Of a stretch of 50,125 nt of DNA, positions 29,731-38,400 are shown piece by piece. This stretch comes from a virus (Duplodnaviria; Caudoviricetes). The position numbers and the translations under genes are program-made. Numbering within the stretch: position 1 is the first letter of the stretch; every line of letters starts with the position of its first letter. The stretch lies in the IMG/VR virus record IMGVR_UViG_3300025120_000087, positions 1 through 50,125 of that record; one strand, written 5' to 3'. A model generated the notes under the pieces. It did no database searches, was not told the origin of the DNA, and was given only the letters and a program-made list of their open reading frames with translations.

Positions 29731-30936
29731 ATGGCAATTGTAGGTAAAACATCACCTTATAAAAAAAATAAAAAAGAAAGTCCTTTTAAAGCTCCTTGGC
29801 TGCCTATAATCGCTGGGTTAAGCTACTTGTCTTCAAGAAAAGATGCTAAGCGAGCTCGTAACATGCGAAGAGAGGATCAAGAAAGGTACGAAGAGCAGAA
29901 AGAGGCTTTTGAAGCTTATCCGTTTACAAATCCTTACGAAGGCTTAGAAAACCCATACTCAGGATTAACTAACCAATTTACAGGCTTAGACAATCAGTTT
30001 AGTGGATTACAAAATAATTACCTAGGTTTATCTAGCCAATACTCTGGCATGGAAAATCAATTTGAAGGATTACAAAATCAATTTACAGGTTTACAAAATA
30101 GATTTGAAGGCGCTGAAAATGTATTTGAAGATTTAACTGTAGACAGACAAGCCGCTGATTACATGCGTGAGCAATCTCAACAACAACAAGCTAATCTACT
30201 AGGTCAACTTAGTGGCGTGGCCGGTGGTAGTGGTATAGCAGGTTTAGCTCAAACAATATCAAACGTAGGTACGCAGCAAGCTAGAGAAGCTTCTATAAAT
30301 ATAGCGCAGCAAGAACGTCAAAACCAAATGGCGTCTCGTCAAGAACAAGCTAGGCTACAACAAATGAGTAGAGGCGAAGCTTCAAGACTAGATCAATTAA
30401 GAGCTCAAGAAGATGCTAGACTACAGTCTATGACTGCTCAAGAGCAAAGTAGAATAAATCAACTACAAGCACAAGATCGATCTAGACTACAGCAACTGCA
30501 AGCTGGTGAAATGTCAAGGCTACAAACGCTAGAGGCTCAAGAAGCTTCTAAGCTATCTCAGTTAACAGCGCAAGAACAAGCTAGGCTAGATCAGTTAATA
30601 GCTACTGGTGATTTTCAGGTAGAGATGCTTGACCGTAAAGGCCAGCAATATGTTGAACAAATGGGCTTTAATAGACTTCAAGCCATGTATGGTTTATCGG
30701 CTTCTAATCTATCAGCTTCTACTCAGTTTGCTAATCAAGCTAGTGCTAACGCTAACGCCGCGTTTGGTAACTTTTTGACATCGGCTGTTAGCTCTGGTGT
30801 TTTTGGCGGTGCATCACCTGACACTTACGCGTCTGGAGCGCCAACATATTTAGATCCAATACAAGCTACTAGCGTGCCAACAAACACATCTATACCTCAG
30901 ACGCTGCAACCAGTAACTTTAAACTTACCTTCATAA
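29731..30936 (+). CDS. Putative ejection/DNA-pilot protein
   Basis: Short hydrophobic N-terminal segment, Gly-rich patch, Q-rich 7- and 11-residue repeats; first of three large genes after the tail block. Confidence 0.6.
   Translation: MAIVGKTSPYKKNKKESPFKAPWLPIIAGLSYLSSRKDAKRARNMRREDQERYEEQKEAFEAYPFTNPYEGLENPYSGLTNQFTGLDNQFSGLQNNYLGLSSQYSGMENQFEGLQNQFTGLQNRFEGAENVFEDLTVDRQAADYMREQSQQQQANLLGQLSGVAGGSGIAGLAQTISNVGTQQAREASINIAQQERQNQMASRQEQARLQQMSRGEASRLDQLRAQEDARLQSMTAQEQSRINQLQAQDRSRLQQLQAGEMSRLQTLEAQEASKLSQLTAQEQARLDQLIATGDFQVEMLDRKGQQYVEQMGFNRLQAMYGLSASNLSASTQFANQASANANAAFGNFLTSAVSSGVFGGASPDTYASGAPTYLDPIQATSVPTNTSIPQTLQPVTLNLPS
29929..30138 (+). repeat. Ten tandem 21-bp (7-aa) degenerate repeats, N-x-(F/Y)-x-G-L-x
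   Basis: NPYEGLE NPYSGLT NQFTGLD NQFSGLQ NNYLGLS SQYSGME NQFEGLQ NQFTGLQ NRFEGAE NVFEDLT. Confidence 0.9.
30340..30603 (+). repeat. Eight tandem 33-bp (11-aa) degenerate repeats
   Basis: QEQARLQQMSR GEASRLDQLRA QEDARLQSMTA QEQSRINQLQA QDRSRLQQLQA GEMSRLQTLEA QEASKLSQLTA QEQARLDQLIA. Confidence 0.9.
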
Positions 30937-30937
30937 C

Positions 30938-32410
30938 ATGGCAAAGAAGAAAACAACAAATCCAACAAACTTAATGAGCTATGACTTCTTACCAAGCATG
31001 GGCGCTAACGCTGGTGGTGGCCTGTATAGTCAACTAGCTCAGTTAGGTAGAGCACAAAGATCGCAGCCAGTCATGAATCAAATGGCTACGCAGGCGCTTT
31101 TTAGCCCTATAACAACTTACATTAATAAGGCTGAAGAACAGGCTGTAGCAGGTATGGTTGAGTATAATATGGCTAATCCTGATGTAGACGACTCACAACT
31201 TTTTGATGGTACAGAAGAAGCTATAGGCGCAGAGCTGCAAAATAACAGCGCTAGATTTAGAGAGCTTAATAGAAAGCTTGCTTACATGAGTCCTAACAAT
31301 AAAGACTATGCTGACACTGTAACAGAAATAAATAAAATAAACAAAGCTAACGTAGAACTAAGAGATCAAAACAAAAAGCTTTTAGATATTAGAAACTTAA
31401 TAAAATCGTCTGATGTTAGCGAGCTAGCTGGATATAATGGTGCTGCTGGAATAGCTATGTACACCGATATTCAGCAAGGCAATAAAGATAACTTTTCCGT
31501 AAAAAATGGAAAGATTACTTGGAACAACCCTAACGAAGGCCCAGTTAAATCTATAGACATTGATACTATATCAAGTGAAGGACCTGCATTTAAAAATAAA
31601 GCAGGATACAATTATCACACTCAAAACAAGTTAAAAACTTTTGAGTTAAACAAAAAAGGCGCTATGACACCCGACGCGTTAAACGGCTTGGCTTACACGA
31701 TGCGAGAAGAGCTTGGTGAAGCTGGTGTTAAATCTTTAATTTGGGACAATCAAAACGGAACAAACGCGTTAAGTAAAAACGGTAGATTTTATAACACAGA
31801 GCCTTTCATTCAGCAATATATAGCTAGCGCTGGTAAATCAATTTCTGATCCATTTATTATAGAAGAATTAAAGACAAAAAACACAAATTACGTTTTACCT
31901 GGCGCTGACAAAAGCATAGGTGACGCTTTTATGGATTTTTATAAAGGTAAGCTTTCAAGCGAGGAAACATTTGGTGCAGGTTACGCGCCTCCAAAAACAC
32001 CCCCAAGCAAAGAAACATTATACGGTAGGCCTTTAAGTGAAACACTGTTTACTGTTAGGACAAGTGAAGGAACTGACACAATAAAACCACTAGACGTTAA
32101 GAACGCTGTTGATTTATTTAAAGATATAGAGGCTAAAGGCAAAGGTGATTTTACAGCTTACAACGGTATATCTTATAGCTTAAAAAATGGGCAATGGTCA
32201 GACAACACGGGCAATCTAAAAAGAGAAGAAATATTCAACGCTTTGAACTGGCCTCAGCTAGGTATAATAAAGCTTGAAGGTTTAGATGTTAATCCTTTAA
32301 AGTCTACGTCTAGTACAGGAGAAGATAATAACTCTGAGCTTATACAGTTAGAGCCTTACAAGTTGTTTGGATTTATTTCAACAGGTAGACAAGTAGTTAA
32401 AGAAGATTAA
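30938..32410 (+). CDS. Putative internal virion (ejected) protein
   Basis: ORF track; lies between the pilot-like and giant proteins. Confidence 0.55.
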   Translation: MAKKKTTNPTNLMSYDFLPSMGANAGGGLYSQLAQLGRAQRSQPVMNQMATQALFSPITTYINKAEEQAVAGMVEYNMANPDVDDSQLFDGTEEAIGAELQNNSARFRELNRKLAYMSPNNKDYADTVTEINKINKANVELRDQNKKLLDIRNLIKSSDVSELAGYNGAAGIAMYTDIQQGNKDNFSVKNGKITWNNPNEGPVKSIDIDTISSEGPAFKNKAGYNYHTQNKLKTFELNKKGAMTPDALNGLAYTMREELGEAGVKSLIWDNQNGTNALSKNGRFYNTEPFIQQYIASAGKSISDPFIIEELKTKNTNYVLPGADKSIGDAFMDFYKGKLSSEETFGAGYAPPKTPPSKETLYGRPLSETLFTVRTSEGTDTIKPLDVKNAVDLFKDIEAKGKGDFTAYNGISYSLKNGQWSDNTGNLKREEIFNALNWPQLGIIKLEGLDVNPLKSTSSTGEDNNSELIQLEPYKLFGFISTGRQVVKED

Positions 32411-32420
32411 ATAATTTAAT

Positions 32421-35400
32421 ATGCCTCAATATTTTTACAATGGTCAAGAAGTTGGCGTAGAAGAGCTTATGCAAAGCGCTGAAGGTGTCGGTTTAAGTCT
32501 TGAAGATTTTATTAGTAAAGTTGCTTTACTTGATGAAGGCTTTGAAGTTAAGCCAGACGAGCCAATCAAGCAGTTATCAGCTGTAAATGTTGAACAGCCT
32601 GAACAGCCTCAGTTCGATGCTTCTATTATGGAAACATTTGTTAGAGACTCAATAAAAGAAATAAAATCAGATCCTGAAAAAGAAAAGCTATACGATAAGA
32701 CTAGAGAATTAGCTGATTTGTCTAGAAGAAAAGTAGAGATAAACCGTAATTACAGATTAGAAGAAGATAATTATCCTACTGTAGTAGATTACGATGAAAA
32801 TGGACTTCCAAAACAACAAGACGTATTTTTGCCTAATGGCAACGTTGTTTCTCAGCCTGTCACTAAAAAGGCTAATGCAGATCAAGTTGAAGATATGGCT
32901 AATTTTATCAAAATAGCTTTTGACAAAAAGTTTAACACTTTACTGTCTAGTGAAGTTAGCTCACTAAAAGATATACAAGAAGGCCAAGAAGACGCTTTTA
33001 CTGATAAGTTAGATCAGTACAAAGATGAAGTTTTTGCTGAGTTTAAAAAGCAATACCCCAGCATGAATAAAGACTTTTTTGTACAGCTAGCGGGTAATAC
33101 TTATAGCAACGGCGCTATAGCACAATCGTTAAACGAAAATATATCTAAAGAAGAAAAAGAACAGTCTAAACAATCTTTTTTAAACGCTAAAGACTTAGAC
33201 TTAAACTACATGAACTCTCGTTTAGGCGAAGAGTACGCTAGAAATTATAAGTCAGATCCAAGGTTTGCTCAAAAAATAAATATAAACAACAAAATAAAAG
33301 CTAATTACGATCAGTTAGAAAAGCTAGACCCTAATAATCCTGAAGATATTGACACAATAAATCAATTAGAGACTAGCAATAAAACTTTAATGAACGACAT
33401 AAAGAAGCTAAAAGACATAAAGCCTTCTTGGTCAAATGTGTATACTAGAGAGTATGACGAAATACTAGACAAATACGGACCTATAGCCGCTTTTGTAACT
33501 GGCCCAAAGCAAATGTTAGACTCGTACTACAAGATGAGCGACGTAAATGCCGCTAGTGATGAGCTAGCCACTTCTTACATGTCGTTTGAAAATTCTAAAT
33601 ACGAGTACGAACGATCTACAGAAGCTAAAATAAATTACAATAAGGCTTTTGAAACAGAGTTTAGCGCTTTTCAAGAAGGAAACCCTACGTTAACAAAAAG
33701 AAAAGCTTACGAACAGTTTTTAAAATCAAAGCTTTACGAAGAGCAACAAGTTGAAAAATTTGGATTAGAAACAATGATTACTATAGATCCTTCAGCTCCT
33801 AGTGGAAAAAGATCTGGTAGAGGTTTTAGAATGATGGCAGATCTTAGAAACACTTTAGTTAAAAAAGGTGCAATAGAAAGAGGTCAAGAAGGTAAAATAC
33901 AAGTATCTTTAAAAGATGTTTTTAACGCTGGCTATGACGGTAGAGATTTTGATAGCTGGTTTGACATGGAAGGCGCTGTGTCTAAAGAAGACGTTGAAAA
34001 GCTTCTTAGCTATGAAAGTGCTAGATACAGATCTAAAGCAGCAGTATCTACTACTTACGATCTTTTATACTTAAACAATGATCCAGGCTCTTTAGACAGA
34101 AGTCCCGGGGCTTTTAGATTGTTTGCAGAAACAGCTTCTAAGGCAACTTTAACGCACTTCTCTGATACAAGCCCAGAAGAAGCTGAAAAGATTGTAGCAG
34201 GCGGCTCAGAGCGCACCAGATCAACTATATTAGATAAGTTCGAGCAGCATGCTGGAGAGTATAATAATTTTTATTCAGAGCAAATTGGTAAAGGCGAATT
34301 AGAAAAACTAGAATTTTCTAAGGAGCAGATGGAAGCTTTAGAAAAAAGCTTTGGCGAAGAAATTGGTGAAGGTGTTGGTCATTTCGTACCGATGCTAATA
34401 GAGCTTGGTGTATTAACAGCTGCTACAGGTGGTGTTTTAAATGTAACAGGTGGCGCTAGATTTTTACAAGCTTTAAAAAATGGAACAGCTGTAAAAAACA
34501 TTAGCACTGGCTATCAAAAAGCAATGTATCACGGCATGATGGCTATGATTGAAGAAGGTAAAATGGCTGTTGCTGGATTTAATCCAGGTACTGGTGCTGC
34601 TTTTTATGGTATTGGCGCTGCAGCAGGTGGTATTAAATTAAAAGGTAGATTCGCAGCTCTTGATCCATTTTTTCAAAAAGTAGTTAAAGCTGGGCCTGTT
34701 GGAGCTGTAGCTTCTCAGACATCTGTAGTTGTAGAGAACGCAGTTCAAGATTTAATGGACAATAAAGACTTTGCTACTGAGATTAACGCTCATTTTGAAG
34801 ACTTTACTTTTAAAGACATTGTTGTAGAGTCTATAGTATTTAGCATTGTTGGCGCTCAACATCTTAAAAAAAGAGATGTTATGAGTACTAATAAAAAAAT
34901 TGATGCTTTAGCTGAGGTTAGATTAAATATAGACAAAGAATTAAAAAAAGAAAATCCTAACAACGATAGGTTAAACTCTTTTAGAAAAGCTGAGCAAGCT
35001 TTAGACCAAATGGTTTTAGCTGAAACAGGAGCTGTTAAGCTTGACGTTAAAAGTAAAAATTTTGAAAAAGATTATTCTAATATATATATTAAGCCTATAG
35101 AAGCTGCTTTAAGAAGATTAGATCCTAACTACAAAGGTATTGAAACTAGATTTGTAGAAGGCAAAGAAACTCTTTCTGAGGCAACTAATGATGCTGAGTT
35201 TCTCTATAAAGGCGGTAAAGAGGGTAAGGATTTAATTATCATAGATAAAAACGCTTGGGAGCCAGGAAAATCAACTCACGAAAATACTCACGCTTTAATG
35301 GAAAACTATTTCAATAGAAATCCAGAGCTTGCGGTAAGATTTTCTACTAACATGGCTAAAGTATTTAAAGCTGCCAATTTTAAAACTCAAGACGGAACAC

Positions 35401-38400
35401 CTTTAGATATAGCTATTAAAAAGGCGTACGAACTAGATCTTAGAAAGTCTAAAGACAAAGTAAAAGCAGCTAAAGAATATTTAGCTTACATGACAGAGAT
35501 TTTAACCAATCCAGAAGTATACTACAGAGAGGTAGCGCCTACTATGTTTAAGCAAATGCGTCAAGAGTTTATATCTATAGCAGAGGAAAACTTTGGGTAC
35601 AGACCTAAAATAAAAAATGCTAAACAGTTTATTGAACTAATAGGTAGATTCTCGCAAGATTCTAGAAGGAATTTAGGTATAGAAATGAAAGCTACTAGAC
35701 TTGCAGATCTTCAAGAGTTTGATTTTTTAGGCATAGAATTCATGGATGCTCAAGGTAAAGTTGTAGTTAATAATTTAGCTAGTAAAAACTTAAATCAAAA
35801 AGTCAATAAATCTTTAGCTGAAAAAACTAAACTAATAGAGTCTAATAAAAAGCTTTTTGCTGAAGGTAAACGTGAATCGAAAGAGTTTATTAATAATACT
35901 AATAAAATAAAAGAAATAAATAGTAGTATTGATAAAGCGAGAAAAAATATTGAAATATCAAACAGAAACGAAGAGTTATTTAAGGAATATGAACCAGTTG
36001 AAAAGCTTTTTAAAGAAACTCAAGACGAAAGTGCTAGTATCAAAAGATCAAGATTATTTGAGCAGATAAGAGAAAATAATAGAGGTATACTAGATAATTA
36101 CATTAACAAAACTTTTCAAACTGTTCAAGGCTCTAAGGTTACTAAAGATCAGTTTACTAAGTATGTTTATAACACTGAGTTTAACAAGCTTTTAAACTCT
36201 TACATGAATAGAGGATCTGAACTTAAAAACGTTCCATTTGGCGCTTATTTACAGTTGCCTAATACGCTTAATTTAAGAACTGGTAATATACTTAAAGCTT
36301 TACAGCAAGGTGAGGCTGTTGGTAGAGAGACTTCGTTAGACGCTATGCTTGAAAAAGGTTATGATCCAGCTATGTCTAGCGAAGCCGCAGGGATTAGCGC
36401 TTCAACATCTAGAGCTTATGAAGCTAACGGTAAAAGATTAGTAGAAGAGTTTAGCGTTCCACAGACTGTTGTTGAAAAAATAATGACAGAAGCTGGTAAA
36501 GTTGAAGTTGAAGGATTTACTTATAAAAATTTAAAAGACTTAGCGCCTGAGTTTGCTAATCAAATGGTAGGCGTAGAGCCTAAAACCGGCAATATAAGTA
36601 GAGGTAGTGTTGAAAATGCTCAAAAATGGTTTAGCGATCTTAAAAATGCTCAGCTGTTTATTGACCTTTTACCTAACGGAGCTATAACAGAAGGTAAGGC
36701 TGGTACTAAAGATATTTTTGGAACAGCTACCGGCGTTGAAAACTCCTTGTTAAAAGAGTTTTATACTAAAGGCGAAAGAGCAGAGACTGGGCCTGGCCTT
36801 CCTGTTCAAAGCAAAAACTCAAATATAGAAGTTTCTAAAGTTCAAGAGTTTTTTGGTATTAAGGAAGATGGAACTTTTGAATATAACAGAAATTTAAGTG
36901 CTAAGGTTAAAGCTGCCGTTAACCAAATAGGTAAAGCTATAACTAATCAAGTTGTTAGAGAAAACATTAAAACAGATCCTAGATTTGACTTTATAAATAA
37001 AGTTGAAGAAATAGTAAATAGACTTGAAGCTGGTAAGTCAGATGCTTTAGCAGCTAAAGATATATTAGGTTATTACAAAGAAAATAATATAAAAGGTGAG
37101 CCTCTAGCTGATTTAATATCTCTTATGATAAACCCTGAATCTCTTAAAAAGAATAATCCTAAAAAGTTCAAAGCTTTAAAAGATATTTTTGAAGAAGCAA
37201 GTATTAAAGAAGCTCAACTTGGTAGAGAAGCAGAAATTCAATTTACTAAAGAAACTAAAAAATTACCATACGAGTGGGCGCGAAACGGATCTTATCAAGT
37301 GTCTCAAGCTAAGTTTAAGAAAAACGATGTACTCATAGAAAAGTTTCAGAATAACAACTTTAACTTAGCGAGCATAATACCTTTAGACGCGGCTATGATT
37401 CTTGGTAACGGTAAAGTAATGGTAGATCTGTTTACTGGTCATTATGGCGCCGTTAGAGGTATAACTCAAATGGACAAGGTTAATAGCCCGTTTAAAACAA
37501 GGCTTAGAGCAGAGTTAACTAATGGTAAAGAATCACCATTGTCTAAAGAGCTGCAAGAAAGGTGGAAAAATTTTCCGTGGGAAAAATTAGTAACTTCTTA
37601 TGCTTCTGAGTTTTATACAGGATTAAAAGACGCTTACAAGTTAAAAACGCTTAAAGAGCAAAGAGAAGCTATATTTAAGTTTGCTAATTCTGATAAAGGT
37701 AAATTACAAGTAGAGCTTTATGATTTATGGAACTCCACGCTGCAAGAGTGGGCTATGCTAGAAACGCCAGGTAAAGAAAGATATAATGAAAAAATGAATC
37801 ATATTGCTAGGCTTAAAAAACATAACTCAGTCATTGGAACAACTGGTGAGAGAATATTAGCTCCAGCTGGTTATTATTATATTCCAGGCGTATCTATATT
37901 AGACAAAGGAGCTGTTACAAAAGATGTTAAAAAAATAGTTAAGTTTGAACACTTAAAATCTAGTAGTGAAATGTCTTATGAGTCTTTAGCCCTTATAGCT
38001 GAAGGCATGTGGACAACTAAAGGTACGCAAGCATTATCTAAATATCGTGGTATATGGGGACTACTCAAAGACTTTGATATGGTGGATAAAGCTACGGGAA
38101 AAACAAACTCAGCTGATATACATCGTATGGCTAAAAGCTTAGAGCTAGCAAAGAACATATACAGTGTTAAGAGTGGGCTAAAAGAAACTTTATATAGTGA
38201 AATAGTAAAAGACGTAGGTGTTAAAGAAGTCAACAAGATATTAAATGCTGACAAAACTATAACTAAGCAGTCTATCAAAAAGCTTAAAGATGCTGGCTTG
38301 TATTATGAAGGCACTACTAACGTTATGGCTTCTAAAAACTTAAAGCTACACGACAAAGCTTTAGAAAATGCTAGAAAAAAGAATAAAGAGAAAAAAGGTA

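Noticed and set aside
29929-30603. CRISPR array or DNA-level repeat element
   Set aside because: Repeats are in frame, degenerate at synonymous sites and have no spacers; they are protein repeats.
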